A program made the translations under genes and the position numbers. Shown piece by piece: positions 1-12,000 of a DNA stretch of 64,000 bases. Under the pieces are notes generated by a model. The model did not search any database. It was not told the origin of the DNA and saw only the letters and a list, made by a program, of their open reading frames with translations. The DNA comes from the human T2T-CHM13v2.0 reference genome, Homo sapiens. Each line of letters opens with the position of its first letter. Within the stretch, counting starts at the first letter, position 1. The stretch lies in assembly GCF_009914755.1 (NCBI RefSeq), contig NC_060926.1. One strand, written 5' to 3'.

Positions 1-3000
1 GGTGGCTTGGCTGGCTTGGCTGGCTTGGTGGCTTGGCTTGCTTGGCTGGCTGGGAGGCTTGGCTGGCTTGGCTGGCTGGGAGGCTTGGCTGGCTGGGTGG
101 CTGGCTGGCTTGGCTGGCTTGGGTGGCTGGCTGCCTGGCTGGCTGATGGGCTTGGCTGGCTTGGCTGGCTGGGTGGCTTGGCTGGCTGGGTGGCTTGGCT
201 GGTTTGGCTAGCTGGCTGGCTGGGTAGCTTGGCTAGCCGGCTGGCTTGGCTGGTTGGCTGGCTTGGCTGGCTTGGCTAGCCGGCTGGCTTAGTTGGCTGG
301 ATGGCTTGGCTGGCATGCCTGGCTTGGCTGGCTGGCTGGCGTGGCTGGCTTGGCTGCCTGGCTGGCTTGGCTGACATGCCTGGCTTTGCTTGCTGGCTGG
401 CTTGGCTGGCTTGGCTGCCTGCCTGGCTTGGCTGCCTGGCTGGCTTGGCTAGCATGCCTGTCTTGGCTGGTTGGCGGGTTTGGCTGGCTTGGCTGTCTGG
501 GCTGGCTGACTGGCTTGGCTGGCTTGGATGTTCGGGTGACTTGGCTGGCTTGAGTGGCTGAGAGGATTGCCTAGCTTGGCTGGCCGGCTGGCTTGGCAGG
601 CTGGCTGTCTTGGCTGGCTTGGCTCGCTGGCTGGCTGGCTGGCTGGCTGGCGGGCCTGGCTGGCTAGGTGGCTTGGCTGGCTTGGCTGGCTGGGTGGCTT
701 GGCTGGTTTTGCTGGCTGGGAGGCTTGGCTGGCTTGGCTGGCTGGCTGGCTGACTGACTTGGCTGGCTTGGCTGGCTTGGCTGGCTGGCTTGGATGGCCG
801 GGTGGCTTGTCTGGCTTGGCTGGCTAGCTGGCTTAGCCGGGGGGATGGCTTGGCTGGCATGCCTGGCTTGGCTGGCTGGCTGGTTTTTCTGGCTTGGCTG
901 CCTAGCTGGCTTGGCTGGCCTGCCTGGCTTTGCTTGCTGCCTGGCTTGGCTGGCTTGGCTGCCTGGCTGGCTTGGCTGGCATGCCTGTCTTGGCTGGCTG
1001 GCGGGCTTGACTGGCTTGGCTGGCTTGGCTGCCTGGCTGGCTTGGCTGGCTTGGCTAGCTGGCTGGCTGGCTGGCGGGCCTGGCTGGCTAGGTGGCTTGG
1101 CTGGCTTGGCTGGCTGGGTGGCTTGGCTGGCTTGGCTGGGTGGGAGGCTTGGCTGGCTTGGCTGTCTGGGAGGCTTGGCTGGCTGGGTGGCTGGGTGGCT
1201 GGCTGGCTTGGCTGGCTTGGCTGGCTTGGGTGGCTGGCTGCCTGGCTGGCTGATGGGCTTGGCTGGCTTGGCTTGCTGGGTGGCTTGGCTGGCTGGGTGG
1301 CTTGGCTGGTTTGGCTAGCAGGCTGGCTGGGTAGCTTGGCTAGCTGGCTGGCTTGGCTGGTTGGCTGGCTTGGCTGGCTTGGCTAGCCGGCTGGCTTAGT
1401 TGGCTGGATGGCTTGGCTGGCATGCCTGGCTTGGCTGGCTGGCTGGCTTGGCTGCCTAGCTGGCTTGGCTGACATGCCTGGCTTTGCTTGCTGGCTGGCT
1501 TGGCTGGCTTGGCTGCCTGGCTGGCTTGGCTGCCTGGCTGGCTTGGCTAGCATGCCTGTCTTGGCTGGTTGGCGGGCTTGGCTGGCTTGGCTGGCTTGGC
1601 TGGCTTGGCTGTCTGGGCTGGCTGACTGGCTTGGCTGGCTTGGATGGTCGGGTGACTTGGCTGGCTTGAGTGGCTCAGTGGATTGCCTAGCTTGGCTGGC
1701 CGGCTGGCTTGGCAGGCTGGCTGGCTTGGGTGGCTTGGCTCGCTGGCTGGCTGGCTGGTGGGCCTGGCTGGCTAAGTGGCTTGGCTGGCTGGGCTGGCTG
1801 GGTGGCTTGGTTGGTTTTGCTGGCTGGGAGGCTTGGCTGTCTTGGCTGGCTGGCTGGCTGACTGACTTGGCTGGCTTGGCTGGCTTGGCTGGCTTGGCTG
1901 GCTGGCTTGGATGGCCGGGTGGCTTGTCTGGCTTGGCTGGCCAGCTGGCTTAGCCGGCTGGATGGCTTGGCTGGCATGCCTGGCTTGGCTGGCTGGCTGG
2001 TTTTGCTGGCTTGGCTGCCTAGCTGGCTTGGCTGGCCTGCCTGGCTTTGCTTGCTGCCTGGCTTGGCTGGCTTGGCTGCCTGGCTGGCTTGGCTGGCATG
2101 CCTGTCTTGGCTGGCTGGCGGGCTTGACTGGCTTGGCTGGCTTGGCTGCCTGGCTGGCTTGGCTGGCTTGGCTAGCTGGCTGGCTGGCTGGCGGGCCTGG
2201 CTGGCTAGGTGGCTTGGCTGGCTTGGCTGGCTGGGTGGCTTGGCTGGCTTGGCTGGCTGTGAGGCTTGGCTGGCTTGGCTGGCTGGGAGGCTTCGCTGGC
2301 TGGGTGGCTGGCTGGCTTGGCTGGCTTGGCTGGCTTGGGTGGCTGGCTGCCTGGCTGGCTGATGGGCTTGGCTGGCTTGGCTGGCTGGGTGGCTTGGCTG
2401 GCTGGGTGGCTTGGCTGGTTTGGCTAGCTGGCTGGCTGGGTAGCTTGGCTAGCTGGCTGGCTTGGCTGGTTGGCTGGCTTGGCTGGCTTGGCTAGCCGGC
2501 TGGCTTAGTTGGCTGGATGGCTTGGCTGGCATGCCTGGCTTGGCTGGCTGGCTGGCTTGGCTGGCTTGGCTGCCTGGCTGGCTTGGCTGACATGCCTGGC
2601 TTTGCTTGCTGGCTGGCTTGGCTGGCTTGGCTGCCTGGCTGGCTTGGCTAGCATGCCTGTCTTGGCTGGTTGGCGGGCTTGGCTGGCTTGGCTGGCTTGG
2701 CTGGCTTGGCTGTCTGGGCTGGCTGATTGGCTTGGCTGGCTTGGATGGTCGGGTGACTTGGCTGGCTTGAGTGGCTGAGTGGATTGCCTAGCTTGGCTGG
2801 CCGGCTGGCTTGGCAGGCTGGCTGGCTTGGCTGGCTTGGCTCGCTGGCTGGCTGGCTGGCTGGCTGGCGGGCCTGGCTGGCTAGGTGGCTTGGCTGGCTT
2901 GGCTGGCTGGGTGGCTTGGCTGGTTTTGCTGGCTGTGAGGCTTGGCTGGCTTGGCTGGCTGGCTGGCTGACTGACTTGGCTGGCTTGGCTGGCTTGGCTG

Positions 3001-6000
3001 GCTGGCTTGGATGGCCGGGTGGCTTGTCTGGTTTGGCTGGCCAGCTGGCTTAGCCGGCTGGATGGCTTGGCTGGCATGCCTGGCTTGGCTGGCTGGCTGG
3101 TTTTGCTGGCTTGGCTGCCTGGCTGGCTTGGCTGGCCTGCCTGGCTTTGCTTGCTGCCTGGCTTGGCTGGCTTGGCTGCCTGGCTGGCTTGGCTGGCATG
3201 CCTGTCTTGGCTGGCTGGCGGGCTTGACTGGCTTGGCTGGCTTGGCTGCCTGGCTGGCTTGGCTGGCTTGGCTACCTGGCTGGCTGGCTGACTGGCGGGC
3301 CTGGCTGGCTAGGTGGCTTGGCTGGCTTGGCTGGCTGGGTGGCTTGGCTGGCTTGGCTGGCAGGGAGGCTTGGCTGGCTTGGCTGTCTGGGAGGCTTGGC
3401 TGGCTGGGTGGCTGGCTGGCTTGGCTGGCTTGGCTGGCTTGGCTGGCTTGGGTGGCTGGCTGCCTGGCTGGCTGATTGGCTTGGCTGGCTTGGCTGGCTG
3501 GGTGGCTTGGCTGGCTGGGTGGCTTGGCTGGTTTGGCTAGCTGGCTGGCTGGGTAGCTTGGCTAGCTGGCTGGCTTGGCTGGTTGGCTGGCTTGGCTGGC
3601 TTGGCTAGCCGGCTGGCTTAGTTGGCTGGATGGCTTGGCTGGCATGTCTGGCTTGGCTGGCTGGCTGGCTTGGCTGGCTTGGCTGCCTGGCTGGCTTGGC
3701 TAGCATGCCTGTCTTGGCTGGTTGGCGGGCTTGGCTGGCTTGGCTGCCTTGGCTGGCTTGGCTGTCTGGGCTGGCTGACTGGCTTGGCTGGCTTGGATGG
3801 TCGGGTGACTTGGCTGGCTTGAGTGGCTGAGTGGATTGCCTAGCTTGGCTGGCCGGCTGGCTTGGCAGGCTGGCTGGCTTGGCTGGCTTGGCTCGCTGGC
3901 TGGCTGGCTGGCTGGCTGGCGGGCCTGGCTGGCTAGGTGGCTTGGCTGGCTTGGCTGGCTGGGTGGCTTGGCTGGTTTTGCTGGCTGTGAGGCTTGGCTG
4001 GCTTGGCTGGCTGGCTGGCTGACTGACTTGGCTGGCTTGGCTGGCTTGGCTGGCTGGCTTGGATGGCCGGGTGGCTTGTCTGGCTAGGCTGGCCAGCTGG
4101 CTTAGCCGGCTGGATGGCTTGGCTGGCATGCCTGGCTTGGCTGGCTGGCTGGTTTTGCTGGCTTGGCTGCCGGGCTGGCTTAGCTGGCCTGCCTGGCTTT
4201 GCTTGCTGTCTGGCTTGGCTGGCTTGGCTGCCTGGCTGGCTTGGCTGGCATGCCTGTCTTGGCTGGCTGGCGGGCTTGACTGGCTTGGCTGGCTTGGCTG
4301 CCTGGCTGGCTTGGCTGGCTTGGCTAGCTGGCTGGCTGGCTGGCGGGCCTGGCTGGCTAGGTGGCTTGGCTGGCTTGGCTGGCTGGGTGGCTTGGCTGGC
4401 TTGGCTGGCTGGGAGGCTTGGCTGGCTTGGCTGTCTGGGAGGCTTGGCTGGCTGGGTGGCTGGCTGGCTTGGCTGGCTTGGCTGGCTTGGCTGGCTTGGG
4501 TGGCTGGCTGCCTGGCTGGCTGATTGGCTTGGCTGGCTTGGCTGGCTGGGTGGCTTGGCTGGCTGGGTGGCTTGGCTGGTTTGGCTAGCTGGCTGGCTGG
4601 GTAGCTTGGCTAGCTGGCTGGCTTGGCTGGTTGGCTGCCTTGGCTGGCTTGGCTAGCCGGCTGGCTTAGTTGGCTGGATGGCTTGGCTGGCATGCCTGGC
4701 TTGGCTGGCTGGCTGGCTTGGCTGGCTTGGCTGCCTGGCTGGCTTGGCTGACATGCCTGGCTTTGCTTGCTGGCTGGCTTGGCTGGCTTGGCTGCCTGGC
4801 TGGCTTGGCTAGCATGCCTGTCTTGGCTGGTTGGCGGGCTTGGCTGGCTTGGCTGGCTTGGCTGGCTTGGCTGTCTGGGCTGGCTGACTGGCTTGGCTGG
4901 CTTGGATGGTCGGGTGACTTGGCTGGCTTGAGTGGCTGAGTGGATTGCCTAGCTTGGCTGGCCGGCTGGCTTGGCAGGCTGGCTGGCTTGGCTGGCTTGG
5001 CTCGCTGGCTGGCTGGCTGGCGGGCCTGGCTGGCTAGGTGGCTTGGCTGGCTTGGCTGGCTGGGTGGCTTGGCTGGTTTTGCTGGCTGGGAGGCTTGGCT
5101 GTCTTGGCTGGCTGGCTGGCTGACTGACTTGGCTGGCTTGGCTGGCTTGGCTGGCTTGGCTGGCTGGCTTGGATGGCCGGGTGGCTTGTCTGGCTTGGCT
5201 GGCCAGCTGGCTTAGCCGGCTGGATGGCTTGGCTGGCATGCCTGGCTTGGCTGGCTGGCTGGTTTTGCTGGCTTGGCTGCCTAGCTGGCTTGGCTGGCCT
5301 GCCTGGCTTTGCTTGCTGCCTGGCTTGGCTGGCTTGGCTGCCTGGCTGGCTTGGCTGGCATGCCTGTCTTGGCTGGCGGGCGGGCTTGACTGGCTTGGCT
5401 GGCTTGGCTGCCTGGCTGGCTTGGCTGGCTTGGCTAGCTGGCTGGCTGGCTGGCGGGCCTGGCTGGCTAGGTGGCTTGGCTGGCTTGGCTGGCTGGGTGG
5501 CTTGGCTGGTTTTGCTGGCTGGGAGGCTTGGCTGGCTTGGCTGGCTGGCTGGTTGACTGACTTGGCTGGCTTGGCTGGCTTGGCTGGCTGGCTTGGATGG
5601 CCGGGTGGCTTGTCTGGCTTGGCTGGCCAGCTGGCTTAGCCGGCTGGATGGCTTGGCTGGCATGCCTGGCTTGGCTGGGTGGCTGGTTTTGCTGGCTTGG
5701 CTGCCTGGCTGGCTTGGCTGGCCTGCCTGGCTTTGCTTGCTGCCTGGTTTGGCTGGCTTGGCTGCCTGGCTGGCTTGGCTGGCATGCCTGTCTTGGCTGG
5801 CTGGCGGGCTTGACTGGCTTGGCTGGCTTGGCTGCCTGGCTGGCTTGGCTGGCTTGGCTAGCTGGCTGGCTGGCTGGCGGGCCTGGCTGGCTAGGTGGCT
5901 TGGCTGGCTTGGCTGGCTGGGAGGATTGGCTGGCTTGGCTGGCTGGGAGGCTTGGCTGGCTTGGCTGGCTGGGTGGCTTGGCTGGCTTGGCTGGCTGGGA

Positions 6001-9000
6001 GGCTTCGCTGGCTTGGCTGTCTGGGAGGCTTGGCTGGCTGGGTGGCTGGCTGGCTTGGCTGGCTTGGCTGGCTTGGTTGGCTTGGGTGGCTGGCTGCCTG
6101 GCTGGCTGATTGGCTTGGCTGGCTTGGCTGGCTGGGTGTCTTGGCTGGCTGGGTGGCTTGGCTGGTTTGGCTAGCTTGCTGGCTGGGTAGCTTGGCTAGC
6201 TGGCTGGCTTGGCTGGTTGGCTGGCTTGGCTGGCTTGGCTAGCCGGCTGGCTTAGTTGGCTGGATGGCTTGGCTGGCATGCCTGGCTTGGCTGGCTGGCT
6301 GGCTTGGCTGGCTTGGCTGCCTGGCTGGCTTGGCTGACATGCCTGGCTTTGCTTGCTGGCTGGCTTGGCTGGCTTGGCTGCCTGGCTGGCTTGGCTAGCA
6401 TGCCTGTCTTGGCTGGTTGGCGGGCTTGACTGGCTTGGCTGGCTTGGCTGGCTTGGCTGTCTGGGCTGGCTGACTGGCTTGGCTGGCTTGGACGGTCGGG
6501 TGACTTGGCTGGCTTGAGTGGCTGAGTGGATTGCCTAGCTTGGCTGGCCGGCTGGCTTGGCAGGCTGGCTGGCTTGGCTGGCTTGGCTCGCTGGCTGGCT
6601 GGTTGGCAGGCCTGGCTGGCTAGGTGGCTTGGCTGGCTTGGCTGGCTGGGTGGCTTGGATGGTTTTGCTGGCTGGGAGGCTTGGCTGGCTTGGCTGGCTG
6701 GCTGGTTGACTGACTTGGCTGGCTTGGCTGGCTTGGCTGGCTTGGCTGGCTGGCTTGGATGGCCGGGTGGCTTGTCTGGCTTGGCTGGCCAGCTGGCTTA
6801 GCCGGCTGGATGGCTTGGCTGGCATGCCTGGCTTGGCTGGCTGGCTGGTTTTTCTGGCTTGGCTGTCTAGCTGGCTTGGCTGGCCTGCCTGGCTTTGCTT
6901 GCTGCCTGGCTTGGCTGGCTTGGCTGCCTGGCTAGCTTGGCTGGCATGCCTGTCTTGGCTGGCTGGCGGGCTTGACTGGCTTGGCTGGCTTGGCTGCCTG
7001 GCTGGCTTGGCTGGCTTGGCTAGCTGGCTGGCTGGGTGGCGGGCCTGGCTGGCTAGGTGGCTTGGCTGGCTTGGCTGGCTTGGTGGCTTGGCTTGCTTGG
7101 CTGGCTGGGAGGCTTGGCTGGCTTGGCTGGCTGGGAGGCTTGGCTGGCTGGGTGGCTGGCTGGCTTGGCTGGCTTGGGTGGCTGGCTGCCTGGCTGGCTG
7201 ATGGGCTTGGCTGGCTTGGCTGGCTGGGTGGCTTGGCTGGCTGGGTGGCTTGGCTGGTTTGGCTAGCTGGCTGGCTGGGTAGCTTGGCTAGCCGGCTGGC
7301 TTGGCTGGTTGGCTGGCTTGGCTGGCTTGGCTAGCCGGCTGGCTTAGTTGGCTGGATGGCTTGGCTGGCATGCCTGGCTTGGCTGGCTGGCTGGCGTGGC
7401 TGGCTTGGCTGCCTGGCTGGCTTGGCTGACATGCCTGGCTTTGCTTGCTGGCTGGCTTGGCTGGCTTGGCTGCCTGCCTGGCTTGGCTGCCTGGCTGGCT
7501 TGGCTAGCATGCCTGTCTTGGCTGGTTGGCGGGCTTGGCTGGCTTGGCTGTCTGGGCTGGCTGACTGGCTTGGCTGGCTTGGATGTTCGGGTGACTTGGC
7601 TGGCTTGAGTGGCTGAGAGGATTGCCTAGCTTGGCTGGCCGGCTGGCTTGGCAGGCTGGCTGTCTTGGCTGGCTTGGCTCGCTGGCTGGCTGGCTGGCTG
7701 GCTGGCGGGCCTGGCTGGCTAGGTGGCTTGGCTGGCTTGGCTGGCTGGGTGGCTTGGCTGGTTTTGCTGGCTGGGAGGCTTGGCTGGCTTGGCTGGCTGG
7801 CTGGCTGACTGACTTGGCTGGCTTGGCTGGCTTGGCTGGCTGGCTTGGATGGCCGGGTGGCTTGTCTGGCTTGGCTGGCTAGCTGGCTTAGCCGGGGGGA
7901 TGGCTTGGCTGGCATGCCTGGCTTGGCTGGCTGGCTGGTTTTTCTGGCTTGGCTGCCTAGCTGGCTTGGCTGGCCTGCCTGGCTTTGCTTGCTGCCTGGC
8001 TTGGCTGGCTTGGCTGCCTGGCTGGCTTGGCTGGCATGCCTGTCTTGGCTGGCTGGCGGGCTTGACTGGCTTGGCTGGCTTGGCTGCCTGGCTGGCTTGG
8101 CTGGCTTGGCTAGCTGGCTGGCTGGCTGGCGGGCCTGGCTGGCTAGGTGGCTTGGCTGGCTTGGCTGGCTGGGTGGCTTGGCTGGCTTGGCTGGGTGGGA
8201 GGCTTGGCTGGCTTGGCTGTCTGGGAGGCTTGGCTGGCTGGGTGGCTGGGTGGCTGGCTGGCTTGGCTGGCTTGGCTGGCTTGGGTGGCTGGCTGCCTGG
8301 CTGGCTGATGGGCTTGGCTGGCTTGGCTTGCTGGGTGGCTTGGCTGGCTGGGTGGCTTGGCTGGTTTGGCTAGCAGGCTGGCTGGGTAGCTTGGCTAGCT
8401 GGCTGGCTTGGCTGGTTGGCTGGCTTGGCTGGCTTGGCTAGCCGGCTGGCTTAGTTGGCTGGATGGCTTGGCTGGCATGCCTGGCTTGGCTGGCTGGCTG
8501 GCTTGGCTGCCTAGCTGGCTTGGCTGACATGCCTGGCTTTGCTTGCTGGCTGGCTTGGCTGGCTTGGCTGCCTGGCTGGCTTGGCTGCCTGGCTGGCTTG
8601 GCTAGCATGCCTGTCTTGGCTGGTTGGCGGGCTTGGCTGGCTTGGCTGGCTTGGCTGGCTTGGCTGTCTGGGCTGGCTGACTGGCTTGGCTGGCTTGGAT
8701 GGTCGGGTGACTTGGCTGGCTTGAGTGGCTCAGTGGATTGCCTAGCTTGGCTGGCCGGCTGGCTTGGCAGGCTGGCTGGCTTGGGTGGCTTGGCTCGCTG
8801 GCTGGCTGGCTGGTGGGCCTGGCTGGCTAAGTGGCTTGGCTGGCTGGGCTGGCTGGGTGGCTTGGTTGGTTTTGCTGGCTGGGAGGCTTGGCTGTCTTGG
8901 CTGGCTGGCTGGCTGACTGACTTGGCTGGCTTGGCTGGCTTGGCTGGCTTGGCTGGCTGGCTTGGATGGCCGGGTGGCTTGTCTGGCTTGGCTGGCCAGC

Positions 9001-12000
9001 TGGCTTAGCCGGCTGGATGGCTTGGCTGGCATGCCTGGCTTGGCTGGCTGGCTGGTTTTGCTGGCTTGGCTGCCTAGCTGGCTTGGCTGGCCTGCCTGGC
9101 TTTGCTTGCTGCCTGGCTTGGCTGGCTTGGCTGCCTGGCTGGCTTGGCTGGCATGCCTGTCTTGGCTGGCTGGCGGGCTTGACTGGCTTGGCTGGCTTGG
9201 CTGCCTGGCTGGCTTGGCTGGCTTGGCTAGCTGGCTGGCTGGCTGGCGGGCCTGGCTGGCTAGGTGGCTTGGCTGGCTTGGCTGGCTGGGTGGCTTGGCT
9301 GGCTTGGCTGGCTGTGAGGCTTGGCTGGCTTGGCTGGCTGGGAGGCTTCGCTGGCTGGGTGGCTGGCTGGCTTGGCTGGCTTGGCTGGCTTGGGTGGCTG
9401 GCTGCCTGGCTGGCTGATGGGCTTGGCTGGCTTGGCTGGCTGGGTGGCTTGGCTGGCTGGGTGGCTTGGCTGGTTTGGCTAGCTGGCTGGCTGGGTAGCT
9501 TGGCTAGCTGGCTGGCTTGGCTGGTTGGCTGGCTTGGCTGGCTTGGCTAGCCGGCTGGCTTAGTTGGCTGGATGGCTTGGCTGGCATGCCTGGCTTGGCT
9601 GGCTGGCTGGCTTGGCTGGCTTGGCTGCCTGGCTGGCTTGGCTGACATGCCTGGCTTTGCTTGCTGGCTGGCTTGGCTGGCTTGGCTGCCTGGCTGGCTT
9701 GGCTAGCATGCCTGTCTTGGCTGGTTGGCGGGCTTGGCTGGCTTGGCTGGCTTGGCTGGCTTGGCTGTCTGGGCTGGCTGATTGGCTTGGCTGGCTTGGA
9801 TGGTCGGGTGACTTGGCTGGCTTGAGTGGCTGAGTGGATTGCCTAGCTTGGCTGGCCGGCTGGCTTGGCAGGCTGGCTGGCTTGGCTGGCTTGGCTCGCT
9901 GGCTGGCTGGCTGGCTGGCTGGCGGGCCTGGCTGGCTAGGTGGCTTGGCTGGCTTGGCTGGCTGGGTGGCTTGGCTGGTTTTGCTGGCTGTGAGGCTTGG
10001 CTGGCTTGGCTGGCTGGCTGGCTGACTGACTTGGCTGGCTTGGCTGGCTTGGCTGGCTGGCTTGGATGGCCGGGTGGCTTGTCTGGTTTGGCTGGCCAGC
10101 TGGCTTAGCCGGCTGGATGGCTTGGCTGGCATGCCTGGCTTGGCTGGCTGGCTGGTTTTGCTGGCTTGGCTGCCTGGCTGGCTTGGCTGGCCTGCCTGGC
10201 TTTGCTTGCTGCCTGGCTTGGCTGGCTTGGCTGCCTGGCTGGCTTGGCTGGCATGCCTGTCTTGGCTGGCTGGCGGGCTTGACTGGCTTGGCTGGCTTGG
10301 CTGCCTGGCTGGCTTGGCTGGCTTGGCTACCTGGCTGGCTGGCTGACTGGCGGGCCTGGCTGGCTAGGTGGCTTGGCTGGCTTGGCTGGCTGGGTGGCTT
10401 GGCTGGCTTGGCTGGCAGGGAGGCTTGGCTGGCTTGGCTGTCTGGGAGGCTTGGCTGGCTGGGTGGCTGGCTGGCTTGGCTGGCTTGGCTGGCTTGGCTG
10501 GCTTGGGTGGCTGGCTGCCTGGCTGGCTGATTGGCTTGGCTGGCTTGGCTGGCTGGGTGGCTTGGCTGGCTGGGTGGCTTGGCTGGTTTGGCTAGCTGGC
10601 TGGCTGGGTAGCTTGGCTAGCTGGCTGGCTTGGCTGGTTGGCTGGCTTGGCTGGCTTGGCTAGCCGGCTGGCTTAGTTGGCTGGATGGCTTGGCTGGCAT
10701 GTCTGGCTTGGCTGGCTGGCTGGCTTGGCTGGCTTGGCTGCCTGGCTGGCTTGGCTAGCATGCCTGTCTTGGCTGGTTGGCGGGCTTGGCTGGCTTGGCT
10801 GCCTTGGCTGGCTTGGCTGTCTGGGCTGGCTGACTGGCTTGGCTGGCTTGGATGGTCGGGTGACTTGGCTGGCTTGAGTGGCTGAGTGGATTGCCTAGCT
10901 TGGCTGGCCGGCTGGCTTGGCAGGCTGGCTGGCTTGGCTGGCTTGGCTCGCTGGCTGGCTGGCTGGCTGGCTGGCGGGCCTGGCTGGCTAGGTGGCTTGG
11001 CTGGCTTGGCTGGCTGGGTGGCTTGGCTGGTTTTGCTGGCTGTGAGGCTTGGCTGGCTTGGCTGGCTGGCTGGCTGACTGACTTGGCTGGCTTGGCTGGC
11101 TTGGCTGGCTGGCTTGGATGGCCGGGTGGCTTGTCTGGCTAGGCTGGCCAGCTGGCTTAGCCGGCTGGATGGCTTGGCTGGCATGCCTGGCTTGGCTGGC
11201 TGGCTGGTTTTGCTGGCTTGGCTGCCGGGCTGGCTTAGCTGGCCTGCCTGGCTTTGCTTGCTGCCTGGCTTGGCTGGCTTGGCTGCCTGGCTGGCTTGGC
11301 TGGCATGCCTGTCTTGGCTGGCTGGCGGGCTTGACTGGCTTGGCTGGCTTGGCTGCCTGGCTGGCTTGGCTGGCTTGGCTAGCTGGCTGGCTGGCTGGCG
11401 GGCCTGGCTGGCTAGGTGGCTTGGCTGGCTTGGCTGGCTGGGTGGCTTGGCTGGCTTGGCTGGCTGGGAGGCTTGGCTGGCTTGGCTGTCTGGGAGGCTT
11501 GGCTGGCTGGGTGGCTGGCTGGCTTGGCTGGCTTGGCTGGCTTGGCTGGCTTGGGTGGCTGGCTGCCTGGCTGGCTGATTGGCTTGGCTGGCTTGGCTGG
11601 CTGGGTGGCTTGGCTGGCTGGGTGGCTTGGCTGGTTTGGCTAGCTGGCTGGCTGGGTAGCTTGGCTAGCTGGCTGGCTTGGCTGGTTGGCTGCCTTGGCT
11701 GGCTTGGCTAGCCGGCTGGCTTAGTTGGCTGGATGGCTTGGCTGGCATGCCTGGCTTGGCTGGCTGGCTGGCTTGGCTGGCTTGGCTGCCTGGCTGGCTT
11801 GGCTGACATGCCTGGCTTTGCTTGCTGGCTGGCTTGGCTGGCTTGGCTGCCTGGCTGGCTTGGCTAGCATGCCTGTCTTGGCTGGTTGGCGGGCTTGGCT
11901 GGCTTGGCTGGCTTGGCTGGCTTGGCTGTCTGGGCTGGCTGACTGGCTTGGCTGGCTTGGATGGTCGGGTGACTTGGCTGGCTTGAGTGGCTGAGTGGAT

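Noticed and set aside
1754-1761. Chi octamer GCTGGTGG
   Set aside because: One substitution away from the core repeat, occurs only in copies of one monomer, and has no established role in a primate genome.
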